Part shown: in pieces, positions 35,916 to 45,902 of the stretch
Layout of the letters: the number at the start of each line of letters is the position of its first letter
How positions within the stretch are numbered: position 1 is the first letter of the stretch
Assembly: GCA_023247725.1 (NCBI GenBank)
Contig: JAHFFW010000009.1
Coordinates: forward strand, 14,424-78,423
Direction of reading: 5' to 3'
Origin: Candidatus Omnitrophota bacterium
GTDB taxonomy: Bacteria > Omnitrophota > Gorgyraeia > Zapsychrales > JAHFFX01
DNA length: 64,000 nucleotides
The notes under the pieces: model-generated
Seen by the model: only the letters and a program-made list of their open reading frames with translations
What the model was told of the DNA's origin: nothing
Database searches by the model: none
Program-made: the position numbers and the translations under genes

Positions 35916-37538
35916 TCAGTCAAACAAACCGATCTGGGTCTGCTTTTTCTTTGGGCGGGATTTCTGATTGGAAACATGATAGGCCTTCAGGTCTTCCTCG
36001 ATATCATTAATAAATGGGGAAGGAGTTTGCTGGCGGAATTGCCCATAGAGTTGACGCCTCCCGGCATGGGTTAAATACAATTTCGTTTTAGCGCGGGTCA
36101 TGCCGACGTAAAAAAGTCGGCGTTCTTCCTGCGGGTCGGCCATCATCTGATCCATCTGCAAAGGCAGCAAATTGGATTCGCATCCGATGATGAAAACGAC
36201 GCGAAATTCCAAACCTTTGGCCGCGTGCAGTGTCAATAAGGAAACCTTTTGAGTTTCGAAGTTATTTGACTCGGCCTTCTGTGAGTTTTGTTCCGGCTTT
36301 TTCCAGTCCTGCCATTCCTCCCGTGATTGATCGGCACTCGTAAAAAAAGGAATGCCGCTGCGAGAAAAGGCTTCTTCTAAAACAAATCGCTGGCTATTGA
36401 GCCGGTATAATACGGCGATGTCGGCAAAACCAACCTCAGCCTCGCCTGCAGAATCGACGCGTTTCGAATCCAGAGAAAAAAGACTCGTCCCGCCGACCAA
36501 TTTCTCAATTTCATGAACGACGAATTCCGCCTCGGCCTTGTCCGTCGCAGCGGCGTGAATGATCAAGTGGCCCTCTGCCTGCATTTTTGCAACCACGGAA
36601 GGCACGCCAAAACGCTGATCCTTCGCCATCACTTGAGTGCTGGCCTTTAACAGGGATTGGGCCGATCGATAATTTTCCGAAAGTTCCAGGATTTGGGCGC
36701 CGGCAAAATCGCTGGCAAAATTTTCAAAATAAATCACCCGGCTGCCGCGGAAACCGTAGATGGCCTGATTCGGGTCGCCGATGGCGGTTAGAAAAATTTT
36801 TTCTTCCGCGCTCGTTAGTTGTTTCAACAATTCATGCTGCCGTGCATTGATATCCTGAAATTCGTCTACACAGATATGACGCAAGCCCCTCTGTAATTCA
36901 ATCCGGGCCGAGGAATGGTGCTTCATCAATTCGACCGTCAAAGCAATCAAATCGTCAAAATCCAAACAGCCTCGCCGCTTTAAATGTTGGTTGTAATGAT
37001 CCAGCCATTGGGGGTGTGAGAAAACTTCCGCATCGGACTTGCAGCGAGAGATTTCCTCAAGGCGGTGATTGCGCTCAGCCGACGATAATTTTGGCCAAAG
37101 TTCTTTGGCCAAATTTTGAGTTTCTTCCGGCAAAAGGATGCGAAAATCATCGGGCAATTGGGCTAATTCACGGAAATGCCGCAAAACCTTTAGGCAAAAA
37201 GAGTGAAAGGTGCCAACGTAAATCCGATCAAGATCATCATGCAATAGTGTCTTTAAGCGCTCCTGCATTTCCCGAGCCGCCTTGTGGGTGAAGGTGATGG
37301 CTAAGACCTGCTGACCCTTTTCCAGTTCTTGGCAAAGCCCTTCGATGCGGCGGGTCAGAGTGTGGGTTTTACCAGTCCCGGGACCGGCCATAATCAAAAG
37401 ATGGCGATCACGGTGAATCACCGCTTGCCATTGCAGGGAATTCAAATCGGAATTTTTTTCAGGAAGCGGCAAAGGTTTTGCCTGTGGGTGTGATCGTGGC
37501 TTCGACCTTGGCGAAATCGTAATCGACGAGCTTTTCAT
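35916..37538 (-). CDS. UvrD/PcrA/Rep-family ATP-dependent DNA helicase (short form)
   Basis: Motif I AGPGTGKTHTL. Motifs Ia to VI are present (FTHKAAREMQERL, DEFQD, YRS.., VTRAK). The true start is probably a non-ATG codon near LNSLQWQAV. Confidence 0.75.
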   Translation of the reverse strand: MKSSSITISPRSKPRSHPQAKPLPLPEKNSDLNSLQWQAVIHRDRHLLIMAGPGTGKTHTLTRRIEGLCQELEKGQQVLAITFTHKAAREMQERLKTLLHDDLDRIYVGTFHSFCLKVLRHFRELAQLPDDFRILLPEETQNLAKELWPKLSSAERNHRLEEISRCKSDAEVFSHPQWLDHYNQHLKRRGCLDFDDLIALTVELMKHHSSARIELQRGLRHICVDEFQDINARQHELLKQLTSAEEKIFLTAIGDPNQAIYGFRGSRVIYFENFASDFAGAQILELSENYRSAQSLLKASTQVMAKDQRFGVPSVVAKMQAEGHLIIHAAATDKAEAEFVVHEIEKLVGGTSLFSLDSKRVDSAGEAEVGFADIAVLYRLNSQRFVLEEAFSRSGIPFFTSADQSREEWQDWKKPEQNSQKAESNNFETQKVSLLTLHAAKGLEFRVVFIIGCESNLLPLQMDQMMADPQEERRLFYVGMTRAKTKLYLTHAGRRQLYGQFRQQTPSPFINDIEEDLKAYHVSNQKSRPKKKQTQIGLFD

Positions 37539-37725
37539 CGACGAGGGTTTCCATCAGCCGCGAAAAAGCCTGATGTTGAACAAAGTAGCGATTAAGGCTG
37601 TAATCGTGCAGGTCAGCCAGAGGCAGGGTCCCGCCTTTTTCATTCAAAAATTTCAGCAACGCCTTGCGGGCCTTTTCGAAATGAGCCTGTTGCTTGGCTT
37701 GTACGTCTTGTGGATTCGGATCCAT
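37459..37725 (-). CDS. Small hypothetical protein (88 aa)
   Basis: The ORF overlaps 80 nt of the annotated helicase N-terminus, which is low-complexity and probably not real. It is non-repetitive and helical. Confidence 0.35.
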   Translation of the reverse strand: MDPNPQDVQAKQQAHFEKARKALLKFLNEKGGTLPLADLHDYSLNRYFVQHQAFSRLMETLVDEKLVDYDFAKVEATITPTGKTFAAS

Positions 37726-37734
37726 TGCGGCGAC

Positions 37735-38955
37735 TTAAAGATAAACCAGGTCTTCGGCATAATCGAGCGACAAAAACAGCAGCATGTAATCGCGCAAATG
37801 CCGGGTCAACAAAAAGTTGTTGCGGATGTGCTCCCGGCCATTTTCGCCCAAGCGTTTGGCAAAGGCCGGACTATTGAGAATTTGTTTTAAGGCAAAGGCC
37901 GCGCCTTCGACGGAATTGCACAACATTCCGGAATATTTATGCTTGATTTGCAAAGGAATGCCGCCGACATTGCCGGCCACGACCGGCTTCACTTTCCAAA
38001 GCGCCTCGGAAACCGTCAATCCAAATCCTTCCTTTAAAGATTTCTGCATGATGACGTCCGATCCCCGCTGCAAGGCGTTCACCTCAAAATCATTCTGCGG
38101 CAATAAAAGGATGTGAATGTCCGGATTGTCCGCAGCCTTCTCCTTGACCTCGGCCAGGACCTGTAATCCTTCCGGGTCATCGGTCGCCGTGCCGCCGGCC
38201 AGAATGAGCTGACAATCAATATATTTTCGCACCATCAAAAAGGCCTCAATGACGCCAACCGGATCCTTGAGACGGTCGAAACGCGAAATCTGCGTGATGA
38301 TGGGTTTGTCGCGAGAGATTTGGTATTTGGCCAAAACCCTGTCCACGTCTTCGGGACTAAGCTCCCGGTTCTTTTCACTCAATGGATCGATCGACGGGGA
38401 AATAAGCGCCTGGCGAATTGGAAGCTGTTGGGAAAAACTCGGCGCAGAAAAGACCGAGGCGTCATAACGGACAATGAATTCCTTAAGAAACGCCCAGACG
38501 ATCGGATGCGGTTTGGAGACATCAATGTGACAGCGCCAGATCCATTTGTTCTGTCCTTTTTTCTGAATCAAGGCAATGGGCTGCGGATCATGAATAAAGA
38601 CAATGTCATAATCCGTGTTCATCTCCGCAATATTTTTACGGCTGGTTTCCATAAAAATCTCAAAATCCGCCGGAGTTACTTCATCCGGCCGGCCGTGCAA
38701 AACATTATGGAATTTCTTGGTCACTTGGTAAAACTGGTCTCCCCCTTTGATGACCTCCCACTTCGTGTTGATCCCCATTTCGCCCAAAAGCGGCACCATA
38801 CGGCTGAGGATTTCCGCCACTCCACCTCCGACGGCGGTCGAATTGACATGAAGGACATGCTTTTGGGCCAGTCGTTCAGCCAAGAGCTTTAAATCGTCGA
38901 TGATGGCTTGCCCCACGACCGGAATATATTCATCTAATTTGGCGGTCGCATTCAT
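37735..38955 (-). CDS. treT: Trehalose glycosyltransferring synthase TreT (GT4)
   Basis: Blocks characteristic of archaeal/bacterial TreT: VNSTAVGGGVAEIL, WRCHIDVSKP, SPSIDPLSEKN, IITQISRFDRLKDP, EGFGLTVSEALWKVKPVVAGNVGGIPLQI. Confidence 0.75.
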   Translation of the reverse strand: MNATAKLDEYIPVVGQAIIDDLKLLAERLAQKHVLHVNSTAVGGGVAEILSRMVPLLGEMGINTKWEVIKGGDQFYQVTKKFHNVLHGRPDEVTPADFEIFMETSRKNIAEMNTDYDIVFIHDPQPIALIQKKGQNKWIWRCHIDVSKPHPIVWAFLKEFIVRYDASVFSAPSFSQQLPIRQALISPSIDPLSEKNRELSPEDVDRVLAKYQISRDKPIITQISRFDRLKDPVGVIEAFLMVRKYIDCQLILAGGTATDDPEGLQVLAEVKEKAADNPDIHILLLPQNDFEVNALQRGSDVIMQKSLKEGFGLTVSEALWKVKPVVAGNVGGIPLQIKHKYSGMLCNSVEGAAFALKQILNSPAFAKRLGENGREHIRNNFLLTRHLRDYMLLFLSLDYAEDLVYL

Positions 38956-39683
38956 TTTCGCCTCAATCTTTTCTCAACGATCGAGATGATGATTCGCCGC
39001 AAATCTTCCAACGTGTGAGTATAAGGATCCAGATTGGAAAGTTTCCGGGCAAGATCGGTTTCGCCAAACTCCTGTTCGATCCAGGCGGAAAAATCATTCG
39101 TCTTTTTTTCCAAACGCAGACGAGCTTCGAAAACATGGAAGTAAATGGAATCAACCGTAATTTTCTTGAGGATTTCAATAAATTCCGCCAAGTCCGTGGC
39201 AAAATCATGGGTTGGTAAGATGAAACTCAGCGATTTCATGAAATAAAACTCTTCGCCATCATTGACAAACTTTTTTTGCGAGAGAGGATTCTGTTGTACA
39301 TAGTTGGAAATGACCTCGATCAAACGGTTGCGCAGGTCGCGAATCGTAGAAAATTGGACGACATCAATGCTGGAGATGCCCTCGCCCAATTTCTTCTCGC
39401 CCAAAACCTCGGTCGTCCAGTAGGCAAAATCATTGGGCGGCTCAGGATTCAGGTATTGGTGTTGTTGCAGGAACCGGTGCGTATGATGATAAATAGAAGA
39501 ACCCGGAACCTCTTTAAGATGTTCCAGAAGTTCCGTCAGATTGGCGGCCTTAAGCCCAGTCAACACGGTCAAATGCAGCCGAGTATAAAAATGAAAAGGC
39601 AATTTGGCCTTCTTCAATCCGCTTTCTTTCTCGTCGGTTTTATTTAATAGGGATGCGTCGGAAGCCATGGAGGGATCTCCCAT
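38952..39683 (-). CDS. Hypothetical protein translationally coupled to treT
   Basis: 243 aa. ATGA overlap with treT. No recognisable family. Confidence 0.45.
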   Translation of the reverse strand: MGDPSMASDASLLNKTDEKESGLKKAKLPFHFYTRLHLTVLTGLKAANLTELLEHLKEVPGSSIYHHTHRFLQQHQYLNPEPPNDFAYWTTEVLGEKKLGEGISSIDVVQFSTIRDLRNRLIEVISNYVQQNPLSQKKFVNDGEEFYFMKSLSFILPTHDFATDLAEFIEILKKITVDSIYFHVFEARLRLEKKTNDFSAWIEQEFGETDLARKLSNLDPYTHTLEDLRRIIISIVEKRLRRK

Positions 39684-39816
39684 TGCAGATCGTTTTAAGG
39701 TGAGTTTTTGATGGGCACCCGATCAAAATGACAACCATCGTGGGCCGCTGAGAACGCAAGGCCCATTTTAATCCAACTGCGGCGAGGAATCAATGGAATT
39801 TTTAAAGGGCTTTTTA

Positions 39817-39930
39817 AAATCACCAAATTTCAAGAAGCAATGACCAAAAAATAACCAATTCCTCAATAACCAAATTTGATAATTGGTGATTTATGAAAAT
39901 TTTTTGATGATTGTCTCTTGGTTATTGGTC
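39817..39930. promoter_or_regulatory. Array of CCAATAACCAA / TTGGTTATTGG-type motifs in an AT-rich intergenic region
   Basis: Hits: aatcaccaaattt, ataaccaatt, aataaccaaattt, ataattggtgatt, ttggttattgg. This is a candidate operator/promoter for the treT operon. Confidence 0.3.
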
Positions 39931-39937
39931 TATTAAC

Positions 39938-40711
39938 CTAGGTTCTTAAACCAACACCCTTATTCATCAAATAAATATTCACGACACTGAGAATCAGCGC
40001 AAACAAAAAGAGGATGACTAAACTGAAGAAGACATTCACATCGCTGATGCCGAAAAAGCCGTAGCGAAATCCGTTGATCATATAAAGGATCGGGTTCGCA
40101 TACGAAACCTTCTGCCAGAAATCCGGCAAATCGTGAATCGAATAAAACACTCCCCCCAGATAGGTCAAAGGGGTCAAGACAAACGTGGGGAAGATCGATA
40201 CGTCATCAAATCTTTTGGCAAAAACCGCATTCATGAACCCCCCTAACGAAAAGACAATCGATGTAAGAATGACGAATAGCGCCACCAAAAAAAAATTATG
40301 CACGACCGGATGCTGGAAAAAGATAGAGACAAGAAAAACCAGAATACCGACCACCATGCCTCGCAGCGTCCCTCCCACAACGTAGCCTGCGATGATGATC
40401 CAAGAAGGCGCTGGTGAGACCAAAAGCTCTTCGATGCTGCGCTGAAATTTTGAGCTGAAAAAAGAGCTGACCACATTCGCAAACGAATTGTTGATGACCG
40501 CCATCATGACTAGGCCCGGAATAATAAAAGCCATATAATTGACTCCCTGGATCTGGCCAACCTGAGAACCGATGAATTTACCGAAGATCACGAAGTACAA
40601 AGTTTGGGTGATGATCGGCGGCAACAGCGTCTGACTCCAGATCCGCAAAAACCGCACCACTTCTTTGCGGACGATGGTGGAGAAGACGATGTATTTTTCG
40701 GCGTGGGTCAT
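39938..40711 (-). CDS. ABC-2 type transporter permease (Wzm/KpsM-like), no adjacent ATPase
   Basis: 257 aa, 6 TM. Has the ABC-2 signature region. Confidence 0.6.
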   Translation of the reverse strand: MTHAEKYIVFSTIVRKEVVRFLRIWSQTLLPPIITQTLYFVIFGKFIGSQVGQIQGVNYMAFIIPGLVMMAVINNSFANVVSSFFSSKFQRSIEELLVSPAPSWIIIAGYVVGGTLRGMVVGILVFLVSIFFQHPVVHNFFLVALFVILTSIVFSLGGFMNAVFAKRFDDVSIFPTFVLTPLTYLGGVFYSIHDLPDFWQKVSYANPILYMINGFRYGFFGISDVNVFFSLVILFLFALILSVVNIYLMNKGVGLRT

Positions 40712-40717
40712 GTTCGG

Positions 40718-41833
40718 TCAATGCATTTGGTGATGGGTTATTTTTTCCTCATACAACTTTAGGGTCCTGTTCACCATCTCCTCGGCAGAAAATTTTTCGG
40801 TCACCACCGCTCGACCCTCCTGAGCCAATTCCTTGGCCTTCTGCGGATTCTTCAATAGAAGGATGAGCGCTTGCGCCAGAATGGCAGGTTGTTCGACCGG
40901 AACTAACAGGCCGGTTTTCCCGTCATCGATGAGATTGATGAGTCCCCCCACTTTTGAAGCAATGACGGGGATTGCGCAGGCCTGAGCTTCCATGACGGAA
41001 ATGCCCAGCCCTTCCTGACGGGAAGGCATGACAAAAATATCCAGGGCTCCCAGAATTTCCCGAGATCGTCCGATGAGCGGGAAAAAAAGCACCTGTTTTT
41101 CCAGGTTTAAATCGTTGGTCAATCGTTTTAAGAATGGCAACTGGACTCCTTGCCCAACGACCAAAAGTTTCGCCGAAGGAAATTGCGCGATAACCTTGGG
41201 CATGGCTTTGATGAGAATATCAATCCCTTTGACCGGGGACAAGCGCGCAATGGTGCCCATGACCGGTCCTTCCTTGATCCGCAAAATTTGGCGAATCCGA
41301 CAACGGTCATCGGGGCTCGCTGGCGCAAATTCCTCAAGGTCAATCCCGTTCGCAATGACGTGCACACGCTGAGGCGCCACTCCCAAATCGTTCTGCAGAT
41401 GCTCACCCACCGCCGGACTTATCGCGATCGCCGCATCACCCCAAGCGGGAAATAAACGACGGCTCCATCGCGGTCGAAAAAAGCCATGACAGGTGGAAAC
41501 ATAGGGGCGTTTCGTCAGGCGTCCCAGGAATGTTCCCATGACCTGGGTCACGCGGGTTTGAGCATGGATGCAGTCGATGCGCTCATGGCGGATCAAATTT
41601 GTCAAAGGAGGCAGCGCAGTATAAATCTTGGGACTCAATTCTGATTTTGTCCGAATATTCATGCACCGGTGCACCGCGGCAGGCTTGAACTTTTCCAAAT
41701 CGACCAATCGATCTCCGCCGCTGGAAACGATCACCACCTCGTGCCCTTTCTTGATGAAGCCCTTCGTCAAGGTCAAAACATACTGCGTTATACCGCCGCT
41801 ATTAAAATGTGTGGTCAGAAAAAGGATCTTCAT
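40718..41833 (-). CDS. GT4 (group 1) glycosyltransferase, LPS core
   Basis: Starts at MKILFLTTHF.SGG. C-terminal EGLGISVMEAQACAIPVIASKVGG. ATGA overlap with the upstream gene. Confidence 0.7.
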   Translation of the reverse strand: MKILFLTTHFNSGGITQYVLTLTKGFIKKGHEVVIVSSGGDRLVDLEKFKPAAVHRCMNIRTKSELSPKIYTALPPLTNLIRHERIDCIHAQTRVTQVMGTFLGRLTKRPYVSTCHGFFRPRWSRRLFPAWGDAAIAISPAVGEHLQNDLGVAPQRVHVIANGIDLEEFAPASPDDRCRIRQILRIKEGPVMGTIARLSPVKGIDILIKAMPKVIAQFPSAKLLVVGQGVQLPFLKRLTNDLNLEKQVLFFPLIGRSREILGALDIFVMPSRQEGLGISVMEAQACAIPVIASKVGGLINLIDDGKTGLLVPVEQPAILAQALILLLKNPQKAKELAQEGRAVVTEKFSAEEMVNRTLKLYEEKITHHQMH

Positions 41834-43926
41834 CGCCGTTTCTCCGCCAACTGCACAACCGCCTTGAACACTTGCTCCGGCGAGATCTGCTGCATGCAAT
41901 CGTGAGTCTTCACCCGGCAAGTGGAACTGTAACAAGGAGCGCAAGGCAAATCCATTTTCAGCACGGAAAAATGTTTCGCCGGAGGCAAATGCCGCAGCGC
42001 TTGCGTCGGGCCAAACAGGGCAATGAAGGGCGTTCCCATCGCCGCCGCAACATGCATCGGCGCCGAATCCGGAGTGATATAAACTTTGCAGCGCTTGATT
42101 AAGGCGGCGAGCTGGAGAAGATCTGTCCGGCCCACCACAATCGTGGGCTTGGCCTTCGTCATTTTTGCCAGCTTGCGGGCCGATGCCTTATCTTTCTGCG
42201 TACCGGTAATGACCACGCGATAATTTTTGGCGGTCAATAAATCACAGAGTTTGGCCAGATGCAGCAGAGGCCAATTCTTCGTTGGCCAGCGGCCAGAGGC
42301 GCTGATATTGATTCCAATGACCTGGTCCTGTTGGCCAATCCACTCCGCTTCCCAAAGATCCTGGATATAGTGCTCGTCATTCCTCGACGGCCATAATTCG
42401 AGCGCCGGATGATTGAAATGAATCCCCAACATCTTCAAAATCTGGAATTGATGTTCCACCGGCCCCATGGGAGGATGACGATTTTTTAATCGATGGGTCA
42501 AAAGCCATCCGAATTTACCCGCATAGCCGTAACTCTGTGGGGGAAAGCTTAAAAAACTCAGCAGGTGGCTGGTGCGGTTATTCTGAAAATCAATGACCTT
42601 GTCGAATTTGTGCAGACGGAGTTTCTGGGCCATCCTCCAGATCCCGGCTAAACCCCGATCTTTTTCTTTCGGATCAAAAACAATCAATCCGTCAAGGTAA
42701 GGGCAACGCGCGAGGACTTCGCGGGATTCCTTGCCGACCAGACAATAGATGCTCGCGTTGGGAAATTTTTCCCGCAGGGCTTTTAAGGAAGCCGTGACCA
42801 AAACGACGTCGCCAACGGCGCTTATTTTGATGACAAGGATATTCTGCGAACGCAACAACTCTTCGTAGACCCCGATGGTTTTATGCGCCATCATATCGAG
42901 CGTGAAGCGTTCCTCCAATTTTTTTCTCGCCGCCTTGACAATCGTTTCGGCCAACTTGCGGTCGCGTAAAAGGCGCACGACCTCCTGGGCCATGGCGTCG
43001 GGATCCTTGGGGGGAACCAAAATCCCGGTGCGATCATCGTCAATGATTTCAATGACGCCCCCCACGCGCGTGGCAACGACCGGCACTCCCGCCGCCTGAG
43101 CCTCCAGGATGACCCGGCCAAAGGCCTCTTGGGTCGTCGTTGAAAGAACGAGCACATCCGTCTGAGCCAGCAATTGGGGAACATCCTGCCGATTGCCTAA
43201 AAATTCCACCTGTTCACTTAGGCCTAGCTGACGAACCAAAACTTCCAGTTCCTGTTTATAAGAGGCTTTTTTCTCAGGGACACCGCCAATCACCCAGATT
43301 TTGACATAGGGCAGGCTGCGGATAACCGTGGCCATCGCTCTTAAAAAATACGTGTGTCCTTTTAAAGGCGTAATCCGGCCGACGATGGAAATCACAGAGT
43401 GAGACTTTCCCGGAACATCCGCCCGAGGGACGCCAAACTTTTTGAGATCCACGCTCCGGGCAATGAGACGCAGGTTTTCTTTGGGCACGCCAAAGGCTTC
43501 GACCATATGCTGTCCAATCACGGTGCTGGGAACAATGACAAGCTTGGCCCAGCCCATGACATGGCTGAACCAATGCCGGCGATAATAGCCGTGGCAAGTC
43601 GTAAGGAAGGCCGCCTGAGTGTGACGACAGGCAAAATAGGCAATCCACGCCGGTACGCGCGAACGCGCGTGCACGATCTGAATGTTTTCCTGAATGATAA
43701 TTTTTCGCACTTTCGTAATACATCGAACCATCGTCCATAAATTTTTCTTATGAACGGGAAGAGTGTAGTGAGGAATTCCGGCTTTTTGCAATTCGGCAAC
43801 CAGCGCCCCGCCGCTGGAAATAACGATCGACCCATGGCCGCGACCGACGAGGTATTTTGCCAAATCCACGGTTCCGGTCTCGACACCGCCCACATTCAAT
43901 TCCGGCACGACCTGCAAAACGTTCAT
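41830..43926 (-). CDS. Fusion of GT4 glycosyltransferase (N) and GT9 heptosyltransferase-like domain (C)
   Basis: The N-terminal about 370 aa are GT4 (VVPELNVGGVETG...EAFGRVILEAQAAGVPVVATRVGG). The C-terminal about 320 aa are GT9 (ILVIKISAVGDVVL...ITPDSAPMHVAAAMGTPFIALFGPT). Confidence 0.65.
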   Translation of the reverse strand: MNVLQVVPELNVGGVETGTVDLAKYLVGRGHGSIVISSGGALVAELQKAGIPHYTLPVHKKNLWTMVRCITKVRKIIIQENIQIVHARSRVPAWIAYFACRHTQAAFLTTCHGYYRRHWFSHVMGWAKLVIVPSTVIGQHMVEAFGVPKENLRLIARSVDLKKFGVPRADVPGKSHSVISIVGRITPLKGHTYFLRAMATVIRSLPYVKIWVIGGVPEKKASYKQELEVLVRQLGLSEQVEFLGNRQDVPQLLAQTDVLVLSTTTQEAFGRVILEAQAAGVPVVATRVGGVIEIIDDDRTGILVPPKDPDAMAQEVVRLLRDRKLAETIVKAARKKLEERFTLDMMAHKTIGVYEELLRSQNILVIKISAVGDVVLVTASLKALREKFPNASIYCLVGKESREVLARCPYLDGLIVFDPKEKDRGLAGIWRMAQKLRLHKFDKVIDFQNNRTSHLLSFLSFPPQSYGYAGKFGWLLTHRLKNRHPPMGPVEHQFQILKMLGIHFNHPALELWPSRNDEHYIQDLWEAEWIGQQDQVIGINISASGRWPTKNWPLLHLAKLCDLLTAKNYRVVITGTQKDKASARKLAKMTKAKPTIVVGRTDLLQLAALIKRCKVYITPDSAPMHVAAAMGTPFIALFGPTQALRHLPPAKHFSVLKMDLPCAPCYSSTCRVKTHDCMQQISPEQVFKAVVQLAEKRR

Positions 43927-45902
43927 ATGATCTTTCGAACCTCGTTCAAAAGGAGTTCTTCTTCATTGATGGTCTTCATTCGGATCTTATTGCGGGCGAT
44001 ATCGCGAATGAAGCGCGCGACCTCACTCGTCGGCACGCTCAGGGCATAACCTTCATCGTTGAGAATTCCGGCGAATCTGGCGTATTTGTCTTTGGCCGAC
44101 AGACCCCCATTACGATTCTGCAAAGGAAAGATGATCGGATTCTTGCGGGCGCTCACCGCCTCGGAAATCATGGAAATGCTGTCTCCCGAAACAACGAGGA
44201 CATCCGTCAAGGCCAGGATGCCTCCCACCGCTTCGGGGATATTGTTGCGATTGGCGATGATGAGAACCTGGCAGCGAGGAAAACGTTTCAATTCCCGGAT
44301 GACCAGATTTTCAATCCGGCTGGAGGTCCGACGGGAGGTGGTGGCCAGGATATCGGCGTTGAGTTCTTGTGCCGCTTCCTTGATCTGATTGATCACCATT
44401 TTAACCACGGCTTCACTCAAGGCCAGCTCGCGGGTGTCTCCACCCAAAAGAAAACCAATCTTCAGGCGAGAACGTTGCTTCAAATGCGAATAGCGCTTTA
44501 AAAGCAAATCGGATTGTTCGTTGAGATAATCGGGATTCATCAGATTGGGCGCGATCCGAGTATAAATCACCCGACCAGGAAATTTCTGCGCTCGCCACAG
44601 ATCGTGTTTCGGTAAAACCACCAAATCAAACTTGCGAAAATCCAGGATTCCCGGCGTGAGGATCGCGATGTTTTTGGCCTTGTGATCCATGGTCAACAGG
44701 TAATTCAAACTGGCTAATGATGAACCGCAAGAAATAATGAACTCCGCCTTAAAGGCCATAAGCTCGTTGTAACAATGTTCAGAGAGAAACCCCTTTAAGA
44801 AATCCAAACGCCCTTGGCACAAAAAACGGTTGGCCAATACTCCGATACCTGAGACCAAGCGCGCCGACAAAACATTTTTAAAATTGACCGATACAGTTTT
44901 GATTTCGGAGGCAATGCCTCTCTCACCTAAGGCCTTAGCCACGGCCTGGGCGAGCGCCTGCGACTGGCGTAGATGACCGGTCCGGCCATCGTCCAAAATG
45001 AGCGTGGTGGATTCGGTAGAATATTTCCAGATTTTATAAAACCACATGTATTCCGCCGGGTATTGTTCGATAAAGTATTCCATCTTGGTGACGATCTGAT
45101 TCAGGTTAGCCACTACATCCTCATCGATGTCGCCGGTGTTGATCAATTCCAGGGGAGGATAGATTTTCATTTTATGGTGGGGCCCTTTTTGCCGAAAGAT
45201 AACACAAAAGCATAAGGGCACGCCCATTTTGAGCCCAAGCTTGATCGCGCCGACCGACATCGAGGCCTTGCGGCCAAAAAAAGGAACCAAGACGCCTTCT
45301 TTACCGCCCTGATCGACGACGATTCCAATCATTTCATTCTGATGCAAAGAACGGATGATATCCCGGGTGCCCATCCCGCGCGCGAGTGTTTCGGATCCGG
45401 CCCGGGCCCGATAGGAATTGAGCAGTTCATCCAATTTGGCCATCCGGATCTGGGGCTTGGCAACAAGTTTATATCTTCCCAAGGCGCAACAGGCAAGACT
45501 CGCCAATTCCCAGCTGCCAAAATGCATGGCTACCAACATCAATCCCTTGCCTTGTTGCAAGGCTTCGTGGAGGTGCTCTTTGCCTTCGATCTCGACAATT
45601 TCCTGGCAAGTCTCGGCGCGCAATAAGGGAAGACGCAAAAGCTCAATGAGATTCTGACCATAATTTTTGAAAATTTGCCTCGTGATCCGGCGGATTTCCG
45701 CCGGAGATTTCTTATTGGCAAAAGCGATCTTCAAATTGGCATAGGCCATCGCTCGGTGGCGCAAATCAAAATAATAAGCGATCGTGCCAATGGCGCGTCC
45801 AATCCGTAACGCCACATTCACCGGCAAGAGCCGAATAAAGCCGGCAAAAGATTTAACGCACCAATAAATGAGTAATTCGTTTAAGGAGGTCGTCTTTTCC
45901 AT
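43923..45902 (-). CDS. Fusion of lipid A late acyltransferase (LpxL/HtrB family) and ELM1/DUF1022-like domain
   Basis: The N-terminal about 300 aa are the LPLAT LpxL family (MHFGSWE, VDQGGK..). The C-terminal about 350 aa are ELM1-like (KIGFLLGGDTREL...LIIANRNNIPE...LVVSGDSISMISEA). Confidence 0.55.
   Translation of the reverse strand: MEKTTSLNELLIYWCVKSFAGFIRLLPVNVALRIGRAIGTIAYYFDLRHRAMAYANLKIAFANKKSPAEIRRITRQIFKNYGQNLIELLRLPLLRAETCQEIVEIEGKEHLHEALQQGKGLMLVAMHFGSWELASLACCALGRYKLVAKPQIRMAKLDELLNSYRARAGSETLARGMGTRDIIRSLHQNEMIGIVVDQGGKEGVLVPFFGRKASMSVGAIKLGLKMGVPLCFCVIFRQKGPHHKMKIYPPLELINTGDIDEDVVANLNQIVTKMEYFIEQYPAEYMWFYKIWKYSTESTTLILDDGRTGHLRQSQALAQAVAKALGERGIASEIKTVSVNFKNVLSARLVSGIGVLANRFLCQGRLDFLKGFLSEHCYNELMAFKAEFIISCGSSLASLNYLLTMDHKAKNIAILTPGILDFRKFDLVVLPKHDLWRAQKFPGRVIYTRIAPNLMNPDYLNEQSDLLLKRYSHLKQRSRLKIGFLLGGDTRELALSEAVVKMVINQIKEAAQELNADILATTSRRTSSRIENLVIRELKRFPRCQVLIIANRNNIPEAVGGILALTDVLVVSGDSISMISEAVSARKNPIIFPLQNRNGGLSAKDKYARFAGILNDEGYALSVPTSEVARFIRDIARNKIRMKTINEEELLLNEVRKII

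Noticed and set aside
43857-44501. 214-aa plus-strand ORF antisense to the LpxL-ELM1 gene
   Set aside because: It is embedded in a well-supported minus-strand gene. No SD or homology is evident.
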